The translations under genes and the position numbers were made by a program. Below, one piece after another: positions 38,180 through 52,632 of a DNA stretch of 64,000 bases. The stretch is from Lama guanicoe (Eukaryota): the NCBI GenBank assembly GCA_013239625.1, contig MU053792.1:284941-348940 (forward strand). The letters run 5' to 3'. The notes below the pieces were generated by a model. The model was not told the origin of the DNA. It worked only from the letters and a program-made list of their open reading frames with translations, and did not search any database. The first letter of the stretch is position 1, and every line of letters begins with the position of its first letter.

Positions 38180-38575
38180 CCACTATGGACTGAATTCTGC
38201 TCTGCTAAAATCAGTATGCTGAAGCCTTAACCCCCAGTAACCCAGAACGGACTGTATTTGAATATTGGGCATTTTAAAGAGGTAATTAAAGCCAACTGGG
38301 TCATCCAGGTTCTAGTAATTAAGGATCCCAACTTAATATGATGGTGTCCTTATAAGAAAAGGAAATTCGGACACACAGAGAGACACCAGGGATGCACAAT
38401 GCACAAAGGAAAGATGATATGGGGATGAAGCAAAAAGGCAAGCCAAAAAGGCCCCAAAAAGCAAGAAAAGCAAATCTGTCGCCGTTTTGATCTTGGACTT
38501 CTGGCCTCCAGAATTGTGAGAAAATAAATCCCTGTTGTTTGGACAACTTAATATGTTGTGTTTTGTTGTCTTGGG
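38180..38575 (+). mobile_element. MLT1A/B MaLR LTR (flanked by a MER5-like fragment ~38065-38175 and a MIR ~38580-38720)
   Basis: 'ctatggactgaatt..gactgtatttgaa..tttaaagaggtaattaa..ggtgtccttataag..cttggacttctggcctccagaattgtgagaaaataaat'. Confidence 0.85.
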
Positions 38576-41344
38576 GCCTCATTTTATAGTGGACGTGATG
38601 GAAGCTCAGGAGAGTTTAAGTAACCCCCTAAGGTTACACATCGAGGTATCACTGTCAGAGTGGGGGTTCATCACTGGTTTGTTTGGTTTGTTTTGCTTTC
38701 AGAATCTAAGTGACATATTTTACCCATTCTTTGCCAGAATCCTAATTTCCTACAGATAAAGCATTGATCATAATGTATGCAGATAAATAAAAATGTCATG
38801 TTTCTAATCTTTTTTTTTTAATCCAGGAGCAAAAGTTAATTGTGAAGTTTCCAAGACTGACAAGCACAGAAAGACAATATTTTATGCACGAACTAGGTGA
38901 AATATAACAAATTCTGTTTAGTTATTTTATTTTGGAAATACACGCTGGTCAGGCCTTATATGAAATGATGAAAATAGAATAGAAACTATAAATAATAATA
39001 CTAATTTTTTAAAAGAGTCAATTAATTTCAAAATTAGAATTGAGTTAATATACCTTGGATAAAAAGTTAAGATAGCTGAAGGAAAATTATGCATGTGAGA
39101 TGAGAAATTTATTTTTAATTTTTAAAAGAAATTATTTGAAAGAGACAATTTAAAAAGTTCCATGTCTACAATGCCACTTTGTTGTCATGATATCCTAGCC
39201 TCAATCAGGTAAGTTTCTTTGGACATAGTACTATATTCAACTAAGACTTAATTGTTAGATACAAATAACTGCATTGTTAATATTAATGACAAAAACTTTT
39301 TTATATTATCAGCTTTCGCTGTAACTATAGATAATATTCTCATTATTATGAGCTTATGTTCAAGGTCTATGATTAGAGCCCCCTTGAAGCAAGTAGTGAC
39401 AAACATAGGAAAACCTGAGATCAAAGGTGACTCAACAGAGAATAAAAGTCAAGAGACAAAATGATTTTAGAAGCAAGTGGCTACAAGGAAAATGCTTTTA
39501 CAGTTCATTAACAGGCAAATAAAAGAGAGGAAAAATAGGCCTGATTTTATGTAAAAATTAAAAAAATAACACTATATACTGTTTGCTAATACAATCACAT
39601 GGTTCATTTAGGAAAAATTAAAAAAAAATCCTCTACTCGTTTCAAGGAACAGACTCATGAGACATGATTATGAAGCTAATTTTGAAATGCAATCAGTTTA
39701 CATAAGACAGCCATGCTCATTGCATTTTTGCCACTAAACAAGGAAAATTTGACTCTGGGTTCTTTGTCTATTACATATAAATACATAATACAATGGCTAG
39801 AATACACATTCCAGCCAAGACCACAATGAGCCCATCCCTGTTTAATGCCTCTAATGTGCCTAGGTTTGCAAACTGATATCCACAGTCTAAAAATGAAAGG
39901 CAGTGGTATTTGAAACTGCCTTTAAAGTACATGTGAAACTCACCAGGAAGAGAAGAAAAAGGTATTACCAAGATTTTTTTTCTCATTTACAGGCTGCCAT
40001 AAAATTCTATTATTTGGGGGAAATTACCCATTTTCTTTCTTCCCACTCTGCCTTCTGTGTGTAATTTTTAGCTTTATAGAAGCACTTTATCTAGGAGAGC
40101 CACAAGCATCCTTTGAACTAAATCTCTTCAAGGCTTCACTACATAAATTAGAAGTAATGAGGAAACTTCAGAGATAATAGAATCATAAAAAAAGACTAGA
40201 AATGTTTGGAATATACGAGTCAGTATTTGCTTGAAGAATAGAACATAATGAGTCTTGTGGGAATGAGTAGTTTATAATAGGAAATGAAAAGACTGAAAGG
40301 GAGAGTTGGAGGATCAGAAGAAGAGTCACTGACCAATCTGACAGATGAATTGGTGCACGTAGTTAAATTGGAGCTTGCAGATAAATGTGAGAAACCAATC
40401 AGGTTGTGCCTGAAAGTAAAACTGTGAAAGGGAAGACGTGGCAAGATCTAAGGGAAGATATCGTTAAGTACCATATCTCTGTGTCAAGGATCTGGTATGG
40501 TGGACCCGAAGCTAACGCTGGACAATAGGGCTGCTAATAGGGAAGACAAACTGGAGACAGAGCAAAAGAAAGTAAAATTAAGCTGGGATGGGACCTCCCA
40601 GGCTCCTCTGTATCTGTCCATCGTTGTACCCAACTGCCATGTTCTTCTGAGACTAGTGACTGCTCTTCCACTGACTTCACTGTAACTCACAAGCATTCAG
40701 GGAAGGGGATTTGGGGAAAACGTATGGTTCACAGCCTTCATCAAGTTGACATGGCACAATCCTTCACTACAAAGGAAGAGACAGTGGCTAGGTTAGATCT
40801 TAACATATGGCCAAAGGAACTCACGGGTATTAGTACATTAGCTTAACACTGTTTGTGAAACCATAAAATTATAGTTAGGTAGAGAAGTAGATTTACATCT
40901 AGAACTTGGTATATGAATGTATATTTTCCTTGGGAGATGTCTTAAAGCTTTTCTTTGGTTATATAAAACAGCTGAGGTACAAATAAAAACATTTTTTTCT
41001 AAAACAACCCTTCTCACAAATATGAAATCTATCATTTGCCTAATCTTGCATAACTTATTGGTGAAAAATTCATTTTTCTCATTTAACATTTTATTTTTAT
41101 GGCATGCATACAATGAAATATCCAGGAGTTTAAAATGAAAAGAAAGCTATTTTTCTGCCTTTAAAAAATAAGTAAAATAGATAAAATAGTAGGAACACTT
41201 ACAAGCAAATTTTATAAGAATAAAAAAGTATAAATATATTTATACAAGTATCTGTGAATAATAATATATATCAAAAAGAGATCATATTTAGTGTTTTTCA
41301 ATTGTGAGATAATATTTAGTATTTTTCAATTGTCAGAAATTACA

Positions 41345-42215
41345 AAAACATGGCTTAATCTTAAGGGCATTACGCGAAGTGAAATAAGTTAGACACAAAA
41401 AGACAAATACTATATGATTTCCCTTATATGTGGAATCTAAAAAAAAATCAAATTTAATGAAAAAAAGATCAGATTTGTGGTTATCAAAAGCAGGTGTGTA
41501 GTGGGTGGGGGAACTTGATCAAGGTGGTTCAAAGATACAAACCTCCAGTTGCAAGATAAATAAGTGATGACTTAGTGAGCACTGATGTGTGGTGTGTTTA
41601 AAAAGTTATTAAGAGAGCTAAGAAAGTAAGCCAAGGGCCCAAAAGTCCTTATCACAAGGAAACAGATTATCTTTTTCCTTTTTTCTTATCTCTGTGAAAT
41701 GATGAATATTAACTAAAAAGATTGTGGTTATCATTTCACGATATATGTACAAGTCATGATGCTGTACACCTTAAACTTATACATTGCTATATAGCAATTG
41801 TATCTTAATAAAGGTGAAAGAAAAGATTAAATAAAATAATATGTGAACTTGAACCCTACAGATGTTTAAAAAAGAAGAAATCTGGAATATGTAACAACAT
41901 GGACATAGCTTGAGGACATATGTTAAGTAAGTAACATGAGCCAATAACAGAAGACCAAACACTGCATGATTCTACACACTTAGGCACCTGACATAGTCTC
42001 ACAGAAACAGGGGAGAGTGGTGGTTGCCAGGTCCTGAGGGGGAAAGACAAAAAGGAGAGTTGCTAATAAACATGCATAAAGTCTCAGTTATGCAAGACAG
42101 ACAAGTTCTAGAAAGCCACTGTACATTATCCCTGAAGTTAACAGTACTGTATTGTACACTTAAAACATTATTATTGGGGTAGATCTCACACTGAGTGTTC
42201 TTACCACAATAAAAA
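41345..42215 (+). mobile_element. Two adjacent L1MA/MB-type 3' ends (~41345-41825 and ~41865-42215)
   Basis: 'aagtgaaataagttagacac..aaagacaaatactatatgatt' and 'gatgctgtacaccttaaacttatac'; second copy ends 'gttcttaccacaataaaa'. Confidence 0.8.
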
Positions 42216-43054
42216 TATACTTAGGGAAAAAAATTAGTCTGGACTTGCACCATTTTGGCAATGGCATTTGAAGTAGTGAGGACAGTGGGTGCAAAGATTG
42301 TAGCAGAAAGAAGAGCATTGTTTTATTTATATATATATATATATATATAATATATGTATGAAACATATATATAGCATACATACATATATCATATATAACA
42401 TATATTATATATTTATATTAGCCTGCATATAAAATCTAAGGGAGAAAGAATGCTTAAATCAGAAGTTGAGAAGTAGAACAAAAATATCTCACTACTGTAC
42501 AAATTACACATCTATTGTTCCACCTGTAACACACAGTTTAGAATATCTATGGAAAATTTAAATGGCGTAGGTAGGGATTGCATGTATCAGTTCATTTGAT
42601 ACTCATACGAATATAGAAAAATAATACAGTGGTAAATATTTGGACTCTGGAATCAGACAGATATGGTTTAAATCCTGGCTCCATGATTTAGTAGATAAGA
42701 GACACAGGCAATTTACAGCAAAAGTTTTTTTTCCAGGATTTCATTATGTATTTACATTGGATGAGTGCATTAACCTCTTTAAGATTCAGTTTTCTAAGAG
42801 TATAAAGCACTCTCACCTAGATAAAATACGTGAAGCTATTATAAAAACTTAATAGTGCATACAGTATTATTAATTAGTTTATGCTTTAATTTTCTAGCCA
42901 GAGGGAATAGTATATGTTAAGACATTGAGGTGAGAATTTGGGTTATTTAAGGAACAGAAATTAGGCTAACTTCAATGGACAATAGTGGTAAAGAGGAAGA
43001 ATGCTAAAAAATAAGACAGAGACACAAGCAGAATCCAGCTCATTTGTAGACTGA

Positions 43055-45160
43055 ATTATTAATTTAAAAAACTAAAAGTGCCCACAATAAAATTCCCCAA
43101 ACCAGATGGAGTCACTGGTGAATTCAACCAAATATTTAAAGAATTAACAGCAATCTGTCACCAACACTTCCAAAAACAGAGACAAATGAATAATTTTCCA
43201 ATTCGTTCTATGAAGTCCGTTTTATCCTAATACTAAAACCAGGCAAAGATATCACATGAAAAGAAAACTACATAGATATTAAAAATCCTGAAGAAAATAC
43301 TAATAACATAAATCTACTCATTTATTAAAAGGATATATTAAAAAAAATAGTGTATCTTAGTAACACAAGATTGGTTCAACATATGACACTCAACCAATAT
43401 AATGCACATTATTGAGATAAAATACAAAGCCACATGACCATGTTAATAGACACAGAAAAGACTTTTGACAAAACCCAACATTGGACTAAAGGTTTCTCTT
43501 TAATATTAAGAAAAAGCCAAAGATGTTTGCTCTCACCATTTCTATTCAACATTGCACACGAGGTTTTGTCTAGGGTAATTTGGCAAGAAAATAAAATAAA
43601 AAGCAATAATTTTAAATACAGCAATAATTTCCAAATTTATGTACACTTTCAACATGATCCTTACCAAAACTCCCCCTTCCTTTTTTGCAAAACTTGTCAA
43701 GCTGTTCCCGAAAGTCACAGGAAAATACAAAGAATCCAGAATAGTCAGAACATTTTTGAAAAAGAACAAAGGTATAGAATTCACAATTCCTGATTTCAAA
43801 TCTGCAACAGTCAAGACTCTGTAGTATTGGAATAAGAATGGACATGTAGATTAATGGACAAGAATTGAGAATCTTAAAATAAACCCATACGTCTATGGTA
43901 AGTAGATTGTCAACAAGTGCCTCAAGACAATTGAATGGGGGAAAGATTGTCTTTGTAACCAAAGGTGCTGGGACAACCAGATATCAAGATACAATAGAAT
44001 GAATTTGGATGCCTACCTCAAATCATCCACAAAAATTAACTCAAAATGAGTCAAAGATTTAAGTGCAAAAGCCAAAACTGGAAAACTGTTGGGAGAAAGC
44101 CCAGGGGTAAATATTCATGACTTGAATTTGCCAACAAAGGAAAACATAATTGGACTTCATCACAATTAAGAAATCTTTCTTGCTTCAAAGGACACTATCA
44201 AGAAGGTGAAAAGACAATCCAGAGAACGGAAGGAAATATTTGCAAATCACATATCTGGGAAGTACCTAGTACTCAGAATATAGATAGAATTCTTTCAATT
44301 CAACAATAAAAATAATAACTCAATTCAAAATGAACATAGTATATGGGCTGACATTTCTTCAAAGATTACATGCAGCTGACCGATAAGTACATGAAAAGAT
44401 GCTCAACACTATTTGCCATTGGAAAAATGCAAGTCAAAACCACAATGAAATATTGCTTTGCAGAAATTAGAACGGCTATAATAGAAATAGACAATTACAA
44501 GTGTCGGTGAGAATGTGGAGAAATTGGAACCCTAACACTTTGCTCATGAGAGTGTAAAATAATGCTGTCATTTGGAAAAATTTGACAATTCCATAAAAAG
44601 TTAAATGTACAGTCCAAATGATCAAATGATTTCACAGTTAGGCATATAACTAAAAGAATTTAAAACGTAATTCCCACAAAAATGTATACACAAATATTAT
44701 AGCAGCTTTATTCATATTAGCCAAAAAGTGAAAACAACCCAAATGTCCATCAACTGCTGAATGGATAAACAAAATGGGTATATTCCTATAGTGAAATATT
44801 ATTCAGACATCAAACAGAGTGAAGTACTGATGCATGCTGAAATATGGATGAACGATGAAACTCTTATGATAAATGGAAGATCCCAGATGGGGTATGTATT
44901 ACACGATTCCAGTTATATAAAATTTCCAGTGTAGGCAAATTCATAGAGACAGGAAGTAGATTAGTTTAGTGGTTGCCAGAGGCTGGTAAGAGGGGGAAAT
45001 GGGGAGTGACTGCTAATAGTTATGGTGTTTCTTTTGAAGATAATGAAAATGTTCTGTAATTAGATACTGGTGGTGATTTCACCAGTTTGTCAATATATTA
45101 ATAGTCTTTGAGTTGTACACTTTAAAATAGTGAATGCATTTTATCTCAGGTAAAAAGAGT
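43055..45160 (+). mobile_element. L1MB-type element, ORF2 (internally deleted) to 3' end
   Basis: ORF 43434-43793 (MLIDTEKTFDK..RCLLSPFLFNI) is L1 RT-like; 3'UTR 'ggttgccagaggctgg..gggagtgactgctaat..gataatgaaaatgttct'. Confidence 0.88.
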
Positions 45161-45799
45161 CAATGAGAAGGGCGAAAAAGGACATTTGTACCCCAGACAA
45201 CCCCTCTCTTTGCCAGGTTCAAACAGATTTGCCAACTCCATCCATTTCCCCAATCCTCTCAGCTCTCTATGGAGCACCCACCATGCTTGCAAAGCCTTTG
45301 ATGAATCTAATTAAGACCAGTCTACCTACACTTCAGGTTTCTCCAGGAAGTTTATAGAAAAAAAGTCTCAAGAAAGCTTTCATTTCCATAATTTAGTTCA
45401 CATAATAAGCCACATCAGCAAGACTGACTCCAAGTGAGCGATGGCTAGAAGTGTAGTCTCGGTACCGCATGGCCATTAGGTGTTACCGTGCGGAGGTGCC
45501 ATCATGGCTACCAGCCACTCTGTCTCCTGCGCTGGCCAAGGATATATTGGAAAAGTGGGCTTCCTCAGGAAAACAAAAGTGACTTGGTGGGAGATCCACC
45601 ATAGTGTCGGGTGCCAGAGTGGCATAATTAGCCCCAAGTAGTCCTAAAAGGTGCCAGTGGAAACGCTCAGGAGGAAAACACTTTGAAACGTAGCTGGTAC
45701 TTACACCAACCAATCATAGTGGAAGCTGACCATAGAACTAAACCGACGTGGGTCCTGGAGATCACCTGACAGTCATTCAATTTTTAGTTGCTTGATTGT

Positions 45800-46380
45800 A
45801 GGAAGTTGGGGAGGTAATTAGATATGGGGCCAGGGAGGCTGGGACAGATAGTAGAGAGTAAAAGAGGTCTTGCTCAGAGCAGTGGGATTTTATCAACTGA
45901 CCCAGAGGTAATACGGTGTTTGAACAATCAGGATGACCATACCATTGCATATGAACTGAATTTTAGCACTAATTAAAATGTAACTTGCTAATGGGTCCTA
46001 CCTAATGAGATAAGGGAGAAGGTGACTCAAGAATAACTTCTAGGTTTTAATTTGGGCGTATGAGTGCTTTCAACTGACCGCCGTGTTGATTATAAAGAAA
46101 CAGAGTAGGGAGGGGGAAAAGGAGCTTTCTGTGGAGTGTATGATGTTGAGCAGCTACCAGTCACAAAAGCATACAGTGTTACATGTGAGGTTGATTACTT
46201 ACCCTAAAATTCTAGGAAAATCTGGGGCTACGGATATGGAATTTGTATGGTATTTGAAGCTCTAAGATTCTATGAAATCATCCAGGGAGAGTGTGTAGGG
46301 AGAGCAAAGGAGATTGGAACCAAGGCCGGAGCACTCATATTCAAAAGGAGGCATAAAAGGAGCTTGCAGAGTTTGAGGAA
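45800..46380 (-). mobile_element. L2 body fragment
   Basis: 'ctggggctacggatatggaattt..tggtatttgaagc..gaaatcatccagggagagtgtgtag'. Confidence 0.55.
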
Positions 46381-46384
46381 ACAT

Positions 46385-46730
46385 AGTCCACAGAACTCCC
46401 TCATCTTTAACACCAACCACATGCCTGGGGGGTTCCCAAAACCATGCTCAGACTTGATAATTGTCTAGAACGACTGACAGAGTGCACTGAAAATTATTTC
46501 CTGAAGTCAGTGGGTGTCTATCAATGGAGCACTGTCAGCCACGTAAGCTCATCTGAGCCTTGGGGTCCAAAATTTTTCATGGTTGACTGTACACATGCAT
46601 AACCTTCAGTTTCTAGGCTCTCCAGAGAGAGAGCGAACGCTGCAGGCCTCGAAGCCCCTGCCGTAAATCACATTGTTTGATGGTCCAGTGGCCAAGACTC
46701 CCTGGGTAGACTTTTATCAGGCCTGGGGTT
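46385..46730. mobile_element. MER21C-like LTR fragment
   Basis: 'gggggttcccaaaaccatgctcagacttgataattgtctagaacgactgacagag', 'tgagccttggggtccaaaattttt'. Confidence 0.55.
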
Positions 46731-49369
46731 AAGTGCACAGCACTGTATGTGTGAAGGGACGGGAAATGCTGACAGCACTCAGGGATGGACCCAGCGTGTG
46801 CTCTGAGGCAGAGAAGCACAGAGAGAGCTGTGAGGCATGAAAACAAAGGAGTAAGATATGTCTTCTTCAAGGCGGTCAGAACCAAGGTCTACCAGAATTA
46901 CTAACGCTCTTGCTCGGCCCACTGGCAAATCAGGTTTAGGATAATGACCAAAATATTCTTTCATGAGTTTTACATTTTATTAAAGATTATTCTGTTAGAT
47001 TTTCTTTGTTGGAAAGATAAAACCATACACATCAAACTTTGCAAATTAAAGCATGGATTCTGTAGTTAAAGACATGACTTTTATAAGGAAAATGATGATA
47101 TACTGCCGAGTTCTTTATCATTCTTTCATTCATTTATTTATTTTTATTCTTTTAAGTCTCATACACACACACAAAATAACCGCTTTTCTAACTTTTATCA
47201 TAAGCACTTCTTTTTGTTATATTTCTTTATAGTATTATCACATTGGCATGTATCCCTAAATAATACAGTACAGTATTATCTGCACTATGAACTTTTTATG
47301 AATGTAATTATACAATATGTAATTTTTTGTATCTGGTTTCTTTCATTCAGCATGATGCTTGTGAGATTCACCCACGTCGTTGAATATAGCCATAGTCAAT
47401 TCTTCTTTATTAGTGATAGTTGATTTACAGTGTTATATTAGTTTCAGGTGTACAAAATAATAATGTAACATTTTCATAAGTTATATTTCATTTAAAGGTG
47501 TTATAAAATTTTGGCTGTGAAAAAAAAGTGACTAGGAAGATTAATAATTTAAAATACCTTCACCTTAGATGCATCAAAAGTGAGGACTTACTTGTAAGTG
47601 TGTATTTTATAGGTTGAATTATAGCTGAACTCCATCTTAAAGAGATAGCTCCTCTTTCATTTAACACTAATTGGTAGAATTGTTGAAAATCTTAGCAGTG
47701 AACCCAAAGGGGAAGTTTTTTTCCTACACATATACATAACCCACAATAGTAAAATAACTTTAGCTTTTTTACTGCTGTGCATGGAAAATTAAATTTTCTT
47801 GGGTTGTATACCCTGACTCCATACATTTGCATGTAGAATCAGATATGTGAAATATATTTTCCAGGTAATACGACATACACATTTATTGTGATCTTGTTTA
47901 AACAACCAAATACTCCTCTTGTTAAAACACATCTAAATAACTGGAAATAATTGAGATGACTTTTCTAAACCAGAAGAGCTAAGCTCAAATTGATTGCATT
48001 CATGCTCTGAAAATTCTAATTTGCTTGGATCCATTTACTGTAACCAAATGTGAAAACCCTAGTTTTTAGGTCATATATTGTTCATGACAAAATTGCACAG
48101 GGAACTCATGCATTTATTCTAACACATTATGGGAACTTAATATATCTCTTGTGGGCAGAAATGTCAATCATGGTAATTATGATTAATAGAGTTGTATTTA
48201 AGTTGTTGTATATATCCTAACAGTTTAAGATATGTGGAAAATGATTAATTCAGTAGCTTTAGTATAACTAGATACACTCAGCTGTCATAGAAACTCACAG
48301 AGAAATAAAAAAAAGGCAAAATATATTAGTATTTCAAGACTTTCCTCAGAGTAGAAAAGTCAATATTTTGCTTCATGTACAGAATTTTCAAGTATCACAT
48401 GTAAAAGTAAATTAAAATTGATAGATTGTATAAAGCTATTTACAAATCACCCCCCTCAAGGACAAATAAATACAGATTAGAAGTTATTGGGAAAATAGTC
48501 TCTCAGTTCTGCCTAACACCCTTGTCCACAAATGCATTTCCTTCTAGTCACCAAAGCTAGCTGACCTTAGGAAACTCAATTAATGACAAACTAAAATTAG
48601 CAACCATATGTCCTTTGCCTAAAGCAAGCCACAGCTGAAGGATAGAAAAGTAGAAAAAAGGGAGGCTTGCTCTCACTTGTAATTGCGCCTAATACTTCAT
48701 TACTGTATATTCATCACGAGTGTTAAGTTTTACTACTACATGAGCAGAACAACTTCACCAGGAGGCTCAAATCAACCTTGACAGTTTAGGAAATCTGTAT
48801 CCCTGCCTCCAGGTGGAAGAGTTTGGAAGTGTTACAGAGAGATTGGGAAACTGCTGAGCATTGCCTGTCTCCTTGAATACAAATTTTCTGCTTTTGCAAA
48901 GCCACAAATGAGTCAGCAATCACGATAGAAAACTTGAAAGTCTCACGGGAACTATGAACCATAAGCAAAAACGGTCATACTCTTGAAAGCTCTGTGTAGC
49001 CGTCTAAATAGGAAACACCAAAGGGGATAACAGAATCCAGTCAAATTCAACAGAAAGACCAGTTTCAGGTCTGTATTGTTTGATCTGTTTGTTTTTCAAG
49101 CTTCTACTTTTCTTTTAGACTATCTCTTAGAAAAATCAATTTTAATTATTTTTGAAACAGGGAAGTATTTTGGATATATACCAGTTTGTTGTTGTTTCAT
49201 TTCTGCCTTACTCTGTTATTTTTTTAAAAAGCCACCTGTTTTGTTTTCAGACCAGTGTCTGATTCTAATTCATAATAATACAATTATTAATAGAAGTGAT
49301 AACTATCATTCTCCTGTACGGGTCACATTCTTGCCACAAGTCTTCATATCACTGGTTTTAAAAGCTTGT

Positions 49370-51030
49370 GACATATTACAATCACCTAAGAGGATGTGAA
49401 ACATTCTGAAGCCCAAGTTGCACACCGTACCAATGAAATCAAAGAATCCAGGGATGGGAACCGGGCATCACTGTTCTTTGGAAACCACTGTTTTTATCTC
49501 ACAGCATCTTCTAAATAGTCCTCTGAAATAGTGTAATTATGGCAACTGTCGGGAGTGGTTAAGCACGCCTGATCTGTTAAAACTGGCATTGATTGCAGGC
49601 TGCACTGTCTGTGAGCTCTGGGACATTGAGGATTATCTAACTTTACTGCACCTCAGTTTTTCATCTGTAAAATGAGAATAATAATTAGTAACGACCTTAC
49701 AGTGTTTGTTGAAGGTTTATCTAATGCAGGTAAACTGCTGAACATGAAATAGCTCTGGTTATTACGTTCTCCGCGTTTTGTAGATGAAGAAAGGAAAGCA
49801 CAGAGTGTAACTAACTTGCTCAAGTTTGCACAAAGCTTCCACACCCTGGAGGATTTCAGTCCAAGCCTCCACTAGGACTGAATTTTAGATATCAGCTATT
49901 CGTCTAAAATATATAATTCTCACTTCTACGATCTATGTAACATAGTGTAATCTAGAAACAGGTTACATCAAAAGTGAGGTTAAAACACTCAGGGACTGTA
50001 TTCCTGTAGATCTAAAATCATGAATTTCTTCTAGGTGGCTGTGGAACTGGATCCTAGCCGTTCCCTTGTCAAAAAGTCAACTACGTCGATCTCAATTATA
50101 ACTACTCAGGAAATATGATTCATTTTGCTAACTGGATTAATTTCTTCTTATCTCCTGTGAAGTATGAGCACTAGTTATGAAGCTTGTGGTATTTTTGTCT
50201 TGGGTCCATTGTGGCATATGACTGTCTTTAATTTTCACAGAGATAACGGAAAATGACTTCCTTGAATGTAAGATGGTGAGGAAGGTGTCATTTACTTCTA
50301 AGAGTGGTCCTCAACTTCAGAGTCACCAGAGTAGATTTTGTTACTTATTGATGGTGACTTCACCCTTAGACATAGTTATTTCATTGATCTTGGGTGGCAT
50401 CCAGGTGTATGTATTTTTTAAAAAAATTTATCCATGTGATTCAAATATATAGTCATGTTTAAGAATCACAGAATAAAAAGGATAGTAGAATAATAATAAC
50501 TAAAATAATAAAACTACTAGAATATAAATTGTGAGGCTTAATTATTTCATTATTTTAAATATAAGGTGAAGTCCTCTGTGTTAACCCTCCTCGACATCCA
50601 CAGTAAGTACTTTCATAACGACTTACGCTGTACGTTCAGTGTATGCAGCAAGTTTTCAGCACTGGATCAGAAGAGTACGTGGCTTGTTACCAGGACAGTG
50701 ACTTTTGCTGAAGATCGAGGATGAAAGTTGAAGCCCACTGATTTCATAAAAGTCCCCAGTATAATAGACATAACAGAGTAATGGGCTTTCAAATGAGACA
50801 GACATGGACCTGAATTCCGTTTTCAGGATTTTCCAGCCACATGGTTTTGCATAAGATCCTTAACTTCTCAGAACTGTTTCCTTTGGTATGAAATGGAGAC
50901 AATCAAATCTACCCCACAGATTTGTTTGTTTTAGATATTTAAAACTACTGTATGATTGTGTGATGTATCCCTTAACTCAGTGCTAGGACATAATAAGATC
51001 TGAAAAGTTACTCGTCATTGGTATTATATC
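49370..51030. mobile_element. Cluster of MER5-like hAT MITEs (~49370-49490, ~50300-50470) and MIRs (~49545-49900, ~50750-51030)
   Basis: 'cctcagtttttcatctgtaaaatgagaataata' (MIR core); 'atgtgattcaaatatatagtcatgtttaagaatcac' (MER5 end). Confidence 0.6.
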
Positions 51031-52357
51031 ATAATTCAGCATAGTAATTATGAAGACAGGGTAATTCTCAAGGAGCTATGAGAGAATAGAGGTGGGACCC
51101 CCAAAACAGATGTGGCTTGAGGAAGGGCAGTTTCATGGGAGACATATTATTCACAGTTGCAAAATCCTATGATGTATCTCTACAGTCAGCATCCTAAGGT
51201 GCAACTTTATTTATGAGTACACGTAATGATTTCACCTTCTGTTTATTTCCCAGGTGTTGTAAAGTTGTTGAATTAAAAATCAAATCGTCTATTAAGCTCT
51301 TGACCCATGGTGACCTCATATCCTGCATCTATAACCACAGCAAATGAAGAAACAAATAAAATGAAAACAATTATGAAGCAATATGTGCTATTTATAAATC
51401 ATACTGAAGGTTATTCAAGAAATACTTCCTACTAGTGACCCTTGGAGTCATTTGGTGCATCATCATATTGGGTGACTTTTCCCCAAATTAAGTTCCAAAT
51501 ACATGAAAATCCTTCCAGCACTGCTTCTGTAAATCAGTGATATTTCAGTTTATAACTAGAAGGAAGACCAAAGAAGATCTTTCATTTATTTTAGAGCAGT
51601 CTCAGTGATTTGTTTTAGTGAAAACCTAAATGAAGTTTTTCACCTTCTACATAAAGATCAGAGCACTGCTTTGCTTACGAAGTCTATCATGTCTTCATTT
51701 TTAAATATTTGTTTATAAATATTTAAAAAATTTATAAATTTTTATCCTATAATTATTTCTACTATTATCCTATAATTTTCATTTCTCAAGTCACTTTTCT
51801 TCCATTCACACAGAGTTTTAGTTCGGTGAGCTCTCAACCTCTTAATCCATAGCCTTCTCTTTTCATAATGCATTTACTTGGCAACCTGGTTTTACAATGA
51901 AAATATCATTGTCAAGTTGAGGAACTAGATTTGAGACTTCAAGTGGTAGTTACATATAATGATAGAGGCAAAATTGTCAACATTTAAAAAAATTAATCCT
52001 GTAAGATGTGTCTTTATAAAAAAGGCATAGAAGTTCTACAGAAACTATCTTGTTTGTGCTTTAAAACTATTCCATGACTTTTTTTTTCAAATTATTCAGA
52101 AGGTAGAAAAGCCTGGTTTATTTAAAAAGGCAGTCTTATTCAAAACATTTCCCCAGACCTTTTACGTCATATTAAACATTCATAGTAAAATGTATCAAGG
52201 AATTAATGAATGGCTGTCCCTCCACAAAGGAAATAGAGTGAGTCCAAGTCCACTTTGGGAGAGTAGCCATCATAAGTAATTTCATTTCAGACATAACATC
52301 AGTTAATACCTTCACATTTTATTACTATTTTCTATTTTGTTAGTTTTTGTTTTTGTT

Positions 52358-52632
52358 TTAATAGACTTTATTCTTTTACAGCAGTTTCAGTTTCACAGCA
52401 GAATTGAGCAGAAAATACACAGAGTTCGCACATAGCCCTCCCCACCCACACATATCTACTCCCCTGCCCTCAGCATCCCTTATCAGTGTGGTGTATTCGG
52501 TACAAGTGATGAACAAACATGGACACATTATTATCAACCAAAGTTTGCATCAGGGCTCACTCTTGATGTTGTACGTTCTATGGACTTTGACAAATGCATA
52601 ATGACATGTAGTCACCACTATAGCATAGAATT
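52358..52632 (-). mobile_element. L1MC-type 3' end
   Basis: 'aatagactttatt..gcagtttcagtttcacagcagaattgagcagaaaatacacagagttc'. Confidence 0.8.

Noticed and set aside
41284..41339. 28-bp tandem duplication
   Set aside because: Real, but an ordinary two-copy local duplication; not an array.
50140..51350. Scattered splice-like sites on both strands (gtaagt at ~50603, acceptor at ~51254)
   Set aside because: No coherent frame; the density is compatible with chance in AT-rich DNA.
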